In this document: piece after piece, positions 50,848-61,911 of the stretch | Layout of the letters: every line of letters starts with the position of its first letter | How positions within the stretch are numbered: the first letter of the stretch is position 1 | DNA from: Malacoraja senta | Taxonomy: Eukaryota | Length of the DNA stretch: 64,000 nt | Direction of reading: 5' to 3' | NCBI GenBank assembly: GCA_038087875.1 | Contig: CM075988.1 | Coordinates: forward strand, 11,718,001-11,782,000 | Made by a program: the position numbers and the translations under genes | Notes under the pieces: generated by a model | Databases searched by the model: none | What the model saw: the letters and a program-made list of their open reading frames with translations, nothing else | What the model was told of the DNA's origin: nothing

Positions 50848-51635
50848 TCATAGAGTGATACAGTGTGGAAACAGGCACTTCAGCCCAACTTGCCGACATG
50901 GGCTAACATGTCAACCGGCTACACCCGTCCTAACTGCCTGCATTTGGTCCATATCCCTCCAAACCTGTCCTGTCCATGTACCTGTCTAACTTTTTCTTAT
51001 ACGTTGGGATAGTCCCTGCCTCAACTACCTCCTCTGGCAACTTGTTTCATACACCCACAACCCTTTGTGTGAAAAAGTGACCCCTCGGGTTCCTATTCAA
51101 TCTTTTCCCCTTCACCTTAAACCTATATCCTCTGGTCCTCTATTCACCTACACTGGGCAAGAGACTCTGCATCTAACCAATCTATTCCTCTTAAGATTTT
51201 ATACACCGATAAGATCACCCCTCATCTTCTTGCACTCCAAGGAATAGAGTCCCAGCCTACACAACCTCTGCCTAGAGCTCAGGCCCTCTAGTCCTGGCAA
51301 CATTCTCATAGATCCTCCCTGTATCCTTTGCAGCTTGATCACATCTTTCCTATAACATAATGCCCAGAACTGAACACAATACTCTAAATGTGGTCTCACC
51401 TGCGTCAACTGCAACATGATCTCCCAACTTCGATACGCAATACTCTGTCTGATGAAGGCCAATGTGCCAAAAGCCTTTTTGACCACCTTATCTACCTGCA
51501 ACTCGTCCTTCAAGGAACCACGCACCTGCACTCCTAAATCTCACTGCTCAACAACACTCCCCAGACCCCTACCATTCACTGCGTATGTTCTGCCCTTGTT
51601 AGACTTCCCAAAATGCAACACCTCACATTTCTTTG
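50848..51635 (-). mobile_element. CR1 LINE 3' fragment
   Basis: ORF 51199..51531 has VKKAFGTLAFI..VRPHLEYCVQFW. The 3'UTR starts CATAGAGTGATACAGTGTGGAAACAGGC. Confidence 0.9.
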
Positions 51636-54171
51636 TGATGAAGTATATATCTTCTTGCCCATAAGCACAGCATTTTCTTTGCCTGTATTTTCTCTTTCAA
51701 TCCTTCATATAAGTCTCTTATTTTTGGAAATGTCATTTTGCACATGAATCTCACAAATCCCTTTCTTCCCACTTTATCTCCATCACTGTATTTTTCCCCT
51801 CTCCTTCCTTCATTATCTCTATCTAACTATCTCATCCCTTTTATCTAAGCCTCTTCACCAGACTCTCCTCAGATCTTCTGTGTCTTTCTCTGTCAACCTC
51901 CGTCGCATGCCATGTTGCCACAACCCCCTCAGCGCTCTCAGCCCCTCTCCTCTGTCTCAGGCAGTGAAGATGCAAATTAGTTCCAGGGAAGTAATTCTGT
52001 TCCCCAGGCAACCTCCCATTCATTGTTAATTAATTCTCCCACTGGCCCAGAAGTCCAGCATAAATAACGCACTCAAATGTTCTTAAATTGTTCGGCAAGA
52101 AAAGCATTGTTGAAGCGAGAAAGTAATAAGGAGAGAAAGTAATGGTACGAAATATAATCCAATTCATGAGAATAAATAATTTGTTTTCGGAGTGCTGATA
52201 AAAAATGTGGAAATTCTAAAAGTGGCATTTCTTCCAACAGCATACTCACACCCATACTAAAAAAAAACATCAATTTGTATTCAAGACAAATTTTCATTCA
52301 GCAAAAACATACCAATTAGAATAAAAACGAATTTGTTTCATTTGGATGGCCTTGCATGTTTACACATGACTGATGTTAAATACTGGGTCAACTCTGCAGA
52401 AGCCAGTAAGGTTTGCAAACCCACTGGTCATTTTGACATGCAGTTGCCAGACTCAAATGTTTAATAAAAATAAGTTCATTATTTGGCTTTGAATTAAATT
52501 GAGTAAAATTCTGTCAGTATGATGGATGTATTTGCATAGTTTTCATAGCTTGCTGAAAGCACTAAATGGCAGAAAACTTATCAAACCAAACAGGATATGT
52601 AATAGAATAAAATTGAAATATTTCCAAGACAAACTTCCCATTTTGCTGCAATAGAGGATATTAAAACTGGAGTGAGAATCCAGTTGCCAGGATTACTAAA
52701 ACAACAGTTCCAAACTGAAATTCTATGTTTAATACTTTGTGTATTTGCAGTTCAATTATTTGGAAAATTGGAAATTAGTTTTTTTTCATCATGTACAGAT
52801 TTTTTTGGATTGTTTTGAAACTTCTCTCGGCTTGGTATTCTTACATGGTTTCACCTGTTTCCACAGTCTGAACATGGTAAACATTTGGTCATGCTCTGTA
52901 GTATTTGAACAATAAGTAAGCATAACATCCTTTTAATCTTTGTATTTCTTCATTTCACTTCTCACAAATTTTTCTTTCTCTCCCCCCCCCCCTCCCCATA
53001 ATTACTTTCTCACACCCTGCACTTAAATTCTACATTGCCCTACAAATTTAGATGGCCATCTTTGTCAGCATGGAAGTGTTGGGCCGAATGGCCTGTGTCT
53101 GTGATGTATGACTGATGGAAGCAATCTTTACTTCTAATCTTTAAAGTAATTGGTGTAAGATTTTTCTGCTGCCCAAAATGTTTTGTAAATAAATTAGCTT
53201 TTTAAAAGTCCAGCCATTTTTCTTCACTGTTCATTGAACGATTTTAGGAAAGATTTCTTGGCGTCTAGATGTATGATCTTTATGTCTCTCGTGCACAAAG
53301 CACTTGACCAGGGTACATCATTACAAATTATTTATAACACAAAAGTACCTGTGATGAGGGGTTAGACGAGTTTAAAAGAGAGATTTGATTGATGAATTCT
53401 CATCTTTATGTGATCTCTAAAATGTATAAATCAAGCACCTCTCAAATAGTCAAAAGCAGTTGTGAAAAGTTGTCAGATACTTAATGTGTCTCAGTAGCTG
53501 GTAACTACTCCATTGATTATAATGTTTGGAAAGGCAAGCAGCCTTGAGGGAAGGCTGAGAACATGTACTTCAGTTCTCTCCTGTCACACCTCCATACCCT
53601 GAATCCTTCAATCATTTCGGAAAGTCTGGAAAAGACTCCGTTAATGCATCTTTAAAAAACGCAGATTTCATCCCAACAATATTTTGTGCTGGAAACTTTA
53701 GTTGACAAATTGATTCTTATAATGCCCTCAAGTGTTCTAAGTACACTCCAAAATATCATTAGACTTGTGAGTAACTAAAGTGGAACGGGTTGTTTCTTGC
53801 CCAAATCAATGCCTGAGGATTTTACTCCTGTTTTGATATGCTAAATGGCTGCAAATTTTTTCCCTGATGCCAAATTGAGGACCACCAATAAAAATATGTA
53901 AATGGAATATCCTTACTTTCTGAAACCCAACTTGCTTTGATCTCTTCATGGCAACCACTCTGGTGTAATGGATCCGAGGAAAACCAGCAGCGTGGCATTT
54001 GGAGGTTTGAGGAAGGTAGAAGGTGGAGCTGGGGAGGGAGATAGAAGAAGGAAAGATCTGTGCAAAAGAGGTTTAGCGGTGGAATGATGGAAGGCCCTTA
54101 TCCTATCCCATGACAGAATCGGTATCATGACTGAACTGCTATTATTACCTGGCTTCACTACTCCAATAACA

Positions 54172-54565
54172 TCAAACATAAAACATAGAACAGTACAGCA
54201 CAGGAACGGGCTCTTTGGCTCACAATGTTTGTGCTGAACACAATGTCAAGTTAAACTAATTTCATCTGCCTGCACATGATCTGTATCCATCTATTCTCTA
54301 CACATCCATGTGCCTATCTCAAAGCCTCTTAAAAAACAGTTAAGTATCTCTCTCCACTACCACCCCAGGCAATGTGTTCCAGGCCCTCAACATACTCTGT
54401 GTTTAAAAAAAAAACTTGCCCCCCACATCTCTATTAAACTTTCCCCCCTCTCATTTTATGGTTATGCCCTCTGGTATTAGACATTTCCACCCTGGGGGAA
54501 ATAGAAGGTTCTGACTGTCTACCCTATTTTTGCCCCTCATAATTTTATATTCTTCTATCAAATCT
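54172..54565 (-). mobile_element. CR1 LINE 3' fragment
   Basis: AACATAAAACATAGAACAGTACAGCACAGGAAC tail followed by CR1 UTR/ORF-end sequence. Confidence 0.8.
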
Positions 54566-54656
54566 CTGACCTCCATTACTCAGTATTAAAATCATTGTGA
54601 CCAGGTGCTAGAAAATGAATGGTAAGGATGAGTGCAGTGCTTGTTTATGTCACAAG

Positions 54657-54959
54657 GGACTTTGGAGAAACAGCGCAGAAATAGGCCCTTCAGCCCACCG
54701 AGTCCGTGCCAACATGCGATCACCCCGTACACTAGCACTATCCTACCTAGTAGGGCCAATTTACAATTTTTACCAAAGCCAACTAACCTGCAAAGCTATA
54801 CATCTTTGGAGGGTGGAAAGAAACCAGGACAGCCGGAAAAAATCCACGCGGTCATATGGAGAACGTACAAACTCCATACAGATGGCACTCATAGTCAGGA
54901 TCGAACCCGGGTCTCTGGTGTTGTAAGACAGCAACTACTGCTGTGCCACCTTGCCACCC
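54657..54959 (-). mobile_element. tRNA-derived SINE (HE1/V-SINE-like)
   Basis: GGGTGGCAAGGTGGCACAGC head and GGGTTCGATCC B-box. Collinear with the other copies. Confidence 0.87.
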
Positions 54960-55365
54960 ACAAGGAGGGAACTGATCTTTGCTGTACCATGGATTTCATC
55001 AAGTCCTGTCCAGGGCTCTGGAAACGATTGTGACCTGAAGATATCAGCAGAAAAATGCTTTGATCTGTACTGAGGGTGCAGCAATGAGACAGTCAATGCA
55101 TTAAACTGACAGGCACAGATTTATGAAATATAAAACAAGTGTTTGGACCAAGTCCCATTAATTCATGCATGATCCACAACCTTCGGCACAATACACTTGT
55201 TGAAATGTGAACTGATGCTGAAGGATGCAACTGTTTTAATCCATTTTCTGTTGATGAGTAATCAATGGGCACCATGCATGATGATGACATTGTACCTGCT
55301 CAAAGTATGATGGGTAAACTCCATTGTTGGTTGGGTTCATTGTGACGGAGTGCCTGGTCTAATGC

Positions 55366-55937
55366 ATAGAAAATAAAAGAGTACAGCACAAGAACTGGCC
55401 CCTTTGACCCATAATGTCTGTGCCAAACATGATGCCAAGAATATCTAGTATTAGATAGTATACTGCATAACCACCCATTCCCTGCATATCTATATGCTTA
55501 TATAAAAACCTCTTAAATGCCACAATTCTGCCTCAACCACCAACACTGGCAGTGCGTTCCAATCACTTGCCATCCTCTGTGTATGAAAGTAAAACCTGCC
55601 CCGCATGTTCCTTTAAGCTTTGCCCCTCTCATCTTAAACCTTTGCCTTCTAGTATTTGATTTTTCCATCCTGGGACTGCCTACCCTATCTGTGCCTCTGA
55701 TAATTTCATACACATCTCTTCGCAACCTCCAGAGATGACAATCCAAGTTTGTCCAAACTCTCCCTGCAGCTAATCGCCCCAAATGCAGGCAACGTTCTGG
55801 AAAACCACCTCTACACCCTTGCCAAAGTCTCCACATCCTCCTTGTAATTGGGCAGCCAGAACTGCATGCAATATTCCAAATGTGGCCTAACTAATGTCCC
55901 ATAACGCTGTGTCATGGCAAGCTGCCTCTTGTACTCT
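55366..55937 (-). mobile_element. CR1 LINE 3' fragment
   Basis: ORF 55513..55836 has EKSNTRRQRFKMRGAKLKG. The CR1 3' end is at 55366-55410. Confidence 0.8.
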
Positions 55938-56099
55938 CCCCGGAGCCCATGCCCATCCCGCTGAGCCACCTTCAACTTCAGAGCCAAACAAAAAACACAG
56001 AGTGCTGGAGGAACTCAGCGGGCAAGGCGGCTGCTGAGTTTCTCCGGCATTTTTGTCTACCGCAAAACGTCAATGATTCCGGGAATGCCGAGGCGACAG

Positions 56100-56192
56100 G
56101 GTGAGAGAGAGGGAGTGAGAGAGCTAGAGAGAGACGAGATGGGGAGAGATAGAGCGTGAGAGAGAGAGGGAGGGAGAGAGAGAAAGACAGAG
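56100..56192. repeat. Imperfect (GA)n microsatellite
   Basis: Directly visible GAGAGA-rich tract. Confidence 0.85.
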
Positions 56193-56335
56193 TCACAACG
56201 TAGGTTGGTAGGTGAATGACTAACCTGCACACCAGAATGGCCTTCGGTCAGAGCAAGGCAAAGTCTTTTTCTACCCAGCCTATGTCTGGAATGGTTTGAG
56301 AGGAAGCCATTGGAAAGAGGACTGTCCTGCTTGGG

Positions 56336-56545
56336 GTTTGGTTTAGTTTATTGTCACGTGTACCGAGATACAGTGAAAAGCTTTTTGTTGTGTGCTAATC
56401 AGTCAGCAGAGAGACAATACATGATTACCATTGACCCATTCACAGTGTATGGATAGAAGCGTGGAGCAATTATAATGTGTGATTGCAGATCCTCTTCTGG
56501 GATCAGCGTGCAGAGAGTCGCCTGTCATGGATGGTGCCATCTTTG
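56336..56545 (-). mobile_element. Short (about 210 bp) bipartite non-autonomous retroposon with Rex-type tail
   Basis: The minus strand begins CAAAGATGGCACC and ends TTTCACTGTATCTCGGTACACGTGACAATAAACTAAACCAAAC. Confidence 0.6.
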
Positions 56546-57190
56546 CCACACCTTGCACTTTGCATTCTCTCCTGGAGCTCAGAGCAATCCAGTGGATTGT
56601 ATGCCTGCCTTTCCATTCTACATTTGAAGACGTGGAACTGAAATCCAGTATGCCCGTTTGATGTTGGAGGTGGGGGCGGAAATCCCATGGCATTAAACAG
56701 ATTAGAGATTTGAACCAGGCTCAATCAACCTCCACCTTGAAAAACAAAACCCAATCTATTTGTCATTAGTTGTTTGTGGCAACTTCTCAGGAACAAATTG
56801 GCTGCCACTTTGCTTACATTAGAAGTGATTGCATTTCATGCGTTTCATCAGTTATACTTCATTGGGCAAAGTAAAACGTGCTGGTGCACTATATACAGTA
56901 CATGCAAATACTTGCCTTCATCAGGCTATGCTGGATTTTATCCATCATACACAATTTCATTCGAAAAGAAGGCTGTGTGAGAAGTAGCATTCAAGAACCA
57001 TTGTTTTGAAACTCCAGTTGATTCTCCAATACTTTTTTATATAAGCTTACATTTCCAAATGTAGCTGACAAAAGTGACACCATTAATTTTAGACTTTACA
57101 TAGATACGTAAAGTACTTTAGACTTTACATAGATACGGTGCAGGAGTAGGCCATTCGGCCCTTCGAGCCAGCACCACCATTCAATGTGAT

Positions 57191-57570
57191 CATAGAATCA
57201 TAGAATCATAGAAAGTAGGTGCGAGAGCAGACCACCAGGTCCATCGAGCCCGCACCGCCATTCGCTCATGGCTGAACACCAAACAAACAAACACCCCCAC
57301 CCACAAACAGTAGACACAAGACACAGAACACAAGACACTACCCTCCCCTTTATAGCGCTATCACCCCTCTCCACCCCAAGAACCGAGTGATCTCCTGGGG
57401 GAGGCAAAAAACCGGATAAAAACCCAGGTCCAATTCAGGAAAAAAATCCGGGAAATTCCTCTCCGACCCCAATCCAGGCGATCGACACTTGTCCAGGAGA
57501 TCACTCAGGTCTTACTATACTAACCTTACCTAGGTCCATATCCCTGCCCTCTCCCCGTAGCCCCTTATCC
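57191..57570 (-). mobile_element. 3' fragment of a second CR1-like family
   Basis: (CATAGAAT)n tail and AGGTGCGAGAG..CCATCGAGCCCGCACCGCCATTC, a CR1-type terminus with a different UTR. Confidence 0.65.
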
Positions 57571-57577
57571 GTTGTCT

Positions 57578-58491
57578 GTAGGGGGCGCTGCTCTGGCAGC
57601 AGCCATGTCAGCAGTGCGTCAGTTTTTTCAACTTTATTTTTTATTTTTAGTATGTTTTAAAATGTGTAATTAATGTTTCTTTGTATGTCTTGTGTGGGGG
57701 GTGGTGTGGGGGGGTAAGGGGGAAACCGCTTCGGTCGCCTCCTCCATGGAGAGGCGACTTTTCCAGGTCGCCTCCCCCGTGGCCTAACATCAAGGATCGG
57801 CGCGGCCTTTCCCGGAGACGTGACCGGGCTTCAGCGGCGGGCGCAGCGTGGACTCTCGGCGTGGAGCGGGTGAACCCTCGCTGGGGCTCGCTGGAGGGGA
57901 GCGCTCCGTTTCGCTGGCCCGGGGCAGCCGGCAGCCTGAAGTCGCAGCCTGAAGCCGCGGTCTGCAAAGCTCCAGCTGGTGCGGCGTCTACAGCCCAGGA
58001 TCCCTCTTGGGGGACCCGGGGGAAGAAGAAGAAGCCATCATTGCCGGCCCGCGGCCAACTTCTACCGTGGGGCCGGCATGGACTTACCATCACCCCTGGA
58101 GGGGAGCTTCGACCGCCGGCCCTGCAGTCTACGGTGCTTCTGGCTGCGGCAGGGAACCTTAAATCTTGACCGCCGGCCTGCGGCCCACAACAATCTAAAG
58201 CCGCGGTCTCCGGTGAGGAAGAGCCGATCCTGGACTGACTTGGACTCTGGTCCTGTCCACGGGGGGGAAATGGAGGAGGACTGGCCAAATTTTTGTGCCT
58301 TCCACCACAGTGATGAATGCTGTGGTGGATGTTTGTGTTACTTTTTGTGTGTTCTTTTTATTGTATCGCTGCTGACAACCCAATCCATTGCCGGGTCGCT
58401 GCTCATGCGGTCGACCGGTCGGTGCAGATTAAATGTATTGTTTGTTTAAATTGCCCCTCGGGGACAAATAAAGTGCTTGGTAATTGGTAAT
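57578..58491 (+). mobile_element. GC/CpG-rich non-coding retroposon (copy D, apparently full length)
   Basis: GTAGGGGGCGCTGC start, T tract, G tract, a body homologous to 23375-24113, hairpin at 58301-58329, CCCCTCGGGG stem-loop, AATAAA and (TTGGTAA)2. Confidence 0.8.
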
Positions 58492-59741
58492 CCCCTTGGC
58501 TGATCATTAACAATCAGTACCCCCGTTCCTGCCTTTCCCCCCATATCCCTTGATTCTGCTTGACCTAAGAGCTTGGTCTAACACTCTTTTGAATGCATCC
58601 AGAGAATTCCACATATTCACAACTCTCTGGGAGAAAAAGTATTTCCTCATCTCCGTTCTAAATGGCCTACCCCTTATTCTTAAACTGTGGCACCGCTTCT
58701 GGGCTCCCCCAACATCAGGAACATGTTTCCTGCATCTAGCATGTCCAATCCCTTAATAATTTTCTACATTTTTATAAGAAACCCTCTCATCCTTCTAAAT
58801 CCCAGACGTTCCATTCTTTCATCATATGACAGTCCTGCCATACCGGGAATTAACCTCGTGAATCTATGCTGCACTCCCTCAAGAGCAAGAATGTCCATCC
58901 ACAAATTAGGAGGCCAAAACTGCACACAATACTCCAGGTGCGGTCTCACCAGAGCCCTGTACAACTGCAGAAGGTCCTCTTTGCTCCTATACTCAACTCC
59001 TCTTGTTATGAAGGCCAACATGTCATTAGCATTCTTCACTGCCTGCTGACTTTTAGTGACTGATGTATGAGGACACCCAGTTCTTGTTGCAATTCCTATT
59101 TTCTAAGGACACCATTCAGATAATAATCTCCCTTCTTGTTCTTGCCACCAAAGTGGATAGCCGCACATTTATCCACATTATACTGCATCTGCCATGCATC
59201 TGCTCACTCACCCAACCTATCCAAGTCACCCTGCATCCTCATAGCATGCTCATCACAGTTCACACTGCCTCCCAGGTTTGTGTCATCTGCAAATTTGCTA
59301 ATGTTTCTTTTCATTCCTTCATCTAAACCATTAATGTATATTGTAAATAGCTGCGGTCCCAGCACTGAGCCTTGCGGCACCCCACAAGTCACTACCTGCC
59401 ATTCTAAAAGGGACCTGTTAATTCCTACTCTTTGTTTCCTGTCTGCCAACCAATTTTCTATCCATGTCAATACCCTATCCCCAATACCATGTGCTCTAAT
59501 TTTGCCGACTAATCTCCCGTGTGGGACCTTATCAAATGCTTTCTGAAAGTCCAGATACACTACATCCACTGGCTATCCCTTATCCATTTTTCTTGTTACA
59601 TCCTCAAAAAATTCCAGAAGACTAGTCAAGCAAGATTTCCCCTTCGTAAATCCATGCTGACTTCGACTGATCCTGTTACTGCTTTCCAAATGCGTTGCTA
59701 TTACATCTTTAATAATTGACTTCAGCTTCTTCCCCTCCACC

Positions 59742-60040
59742 TTTACTTTAGACTTTACAGATACAGTGCAGAAACAGGCCCTTCGACCCACCTAGTCCGC
59801 ACTTACCAGTGATCAACTTGTGTACTAACATTATCCTACATACTCAAGATTATTTTTTTGCAACTTTCCAAAGCCAATTAACTACAAACCTGTACATCTT
59901 GGGAATGTGGGAGGAAACGGGAGCACCTGGAGAAAGTTTGTGGCCACAGGGAGATCGTACAAACTCTGTATAGACACCATCTGTAGTCAGGAATGAACCC
60001 GGGTCTCTGGCGTTGTGAGGCAGCAAATATGTGCCACTGC
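59742..60040 (-). mobile_element. tRNA-derived SINE (HE1/V-SINE-like)
   Basis: GCAGTGGCAC head, GGGTTCATTCC B-box variant and (CTAAAGT)n-type tail. Confidence 0.83.
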
Positions 60041-60748
60041 TCCCCCCTTGATTGATATTTGCACAACATCTGGACCTCAGCAGAATATTTTCCTCCTCAT
60101 CTTGCAAAACTACAGCTTGAGATATGGTCCTGACGCTCGTTTGTCACTGGGAAGGATTGTAATTATCCACATTTTGAAATTCATTAGAGTTAGAAGTTCC
60201 CACTAGGGTGTACTCTTGGAAAACTACAGAAACTTAAGGACTGTCTGAGGCAGAACAGATTGAATGCTCTCTGGTGATCTGGCACTTCGAGGACTGATAC
60301 TTTTAAGCATCTTAACAGCAGCATTTAAAATAGGATAGAATTCTTAAGTTTATACTCACATTTCCACTTTCCACATGATATTATTTTGATGGATTGTTTT
60401 TAATTTTAAATATTTATACTGCTTGCAGCGAGTTACATTACATTTTATATTTTATAGCAGGAACGGTGTTATTTAACAGGCAATTCATTATCTGTTTTAT
60501 AATTATAAGCAAATAAATTGGACCAGATTTGAGCTAGCCTTCTGGCCAAAACCATTAGTATTCATGGTGAATGGGCAACAGGATGTTTGCGCGTTGTTTA
60601 ATCTCAGTTTTGTTGTATTGAAGGTACTTCAGCAGCACATTGTTGTATTATGTGAGAATTTCAGGAAGGATGTGATTACACGACTTTATTGGAACCCACT
60701 TGATAAGTTTGAGGATATATAGATAGGACATGGCTAGCATGTAAGTAT

Positions 60749-60962
60749 ATAGAAAAGTACAGCACAGGAACAGCCCCTTCAGCCCACAATGTCTGTGCCA
60801 TACATAATGCCAAGATAAACTAATATAATCTGCCAGCATATGATCCATATACCTTAATTCCCTGCATGTCCATATGTCTATCTAAAAATGTTAAATGCTC
60901 CACTGTATCTGCTTTTACCAGCACCTCTTGGCAGCACGTTCCAGACACCCACCACCCTCTGG
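60749..60962 (-). mobile_element. CR1 LINE 3'UTR fragment
   Basis: TAGAAAAGTACAGCACAGGAACAGCCCCTTCAGCCCAC terminus. Confidence 0.75.
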
Positions 60963-61156
60963 CCTGCATCCATTTGGTGCCAGGCTTCATGAACTCAAAA
61001 TCAATGAGAGCGCACTAGGGTGTGAAGGATAGTTAGAGGGAGGTTAGTGGGTGCATGAGACCAGATTTCTGCTTCAAAGGAGTAGAAGCAGGCCTGAGCA
61101 GTGAATATGGATGAAGATAGGATCAATCTTTGGAGCAGGTTTGGTGCTAGTCAGGG

Positions 61157-61346
61157 TGAATGAATGAATGATTATTTTATTGTCGCAGAGAAACTCTTTG
61201 CATGCATACCTCATGTATGCAAATAGTCTCCATATAAAGGGCGCTTACCCAGCTGTAAGGTATCCTGTGCCGGGTCCCCCTTTGTTCTTCACCCCCCCCC
61301 CAATCACTCACAGCTGTCCCCCCCAGGCCGGGTCATCCATTGTTCC
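61157..61346 (-). mobile_element. Rex-type 3' fragment with (ATTC)n tail
   Basis: GAATGAATGAATG..TTTATTGTC.. is similar to 43946-44060 (CTTTGC..GCATACC..TGTAT.CAAATAG). Confidence 0.55.
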
Positions 61347-61911
61347 AGATTGGGTGTGTGGAGGTGGGGTAGACTGAGAGCATCTGGGGTTGGATTGTAA
61401 AATAATTAGACGTTTGCCAGAACAATGGTTAGAAAGAGCAATGGTAGGGGTTGATCATATTTGATCAGCGGGGAAAGCTATGATCAGAATGGGCCTGAGG
61501 ATGTTGACGTAGGATGAGTAGGCAGTGGGAGAACTTGTCAGTAAGACGCTGGGCCTCTCGGACATTGTGATAATTGAACAGTGCGCATTGGACATCTTGT
61601 AATCGATAGCATAACAAGCATCAATCCCCTGGTTAGGGGCGCTTTACTGAAGCATGCAATGTTTGGGGTGGGGGGGGGGTTCTCGCCTTCATGCAATATT
61701 TTTTTCCTCAATGTCAAAGCATTCTTATTCACTTCACTAAGCATGTCTCGTGGCCACTGAGTTTGTTTGTATAATGGCTGGCAGCTAACCCCAATTAAAA
61801 ACCCCAAGGCACATCCCATTCAGATTTTTCTTTAATCAAATTTCATTGCATTGCACACAACCTTTAGCTGTGCAAAGAAATGGAATGGCCCATCTGCTAA
61901 TCAACAGAAGA

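Larger units (their letters stand above)
57137..59740 (-). mobile_element. CR1 LINE, 5'-truncated RT and 3'UTR, with two nested insertions
   Basis: YLDFQKAFDKVPH, GVPQGSVLGP, ISKFADD (59204..59569) and RPHLEYCVQFW (58764..59039). The 3'UTR is split at 57193/58497. TACTTTAGACTTTACA is duplicated at about 57114-57129 and 59744-59759. Confidence 0.93.
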
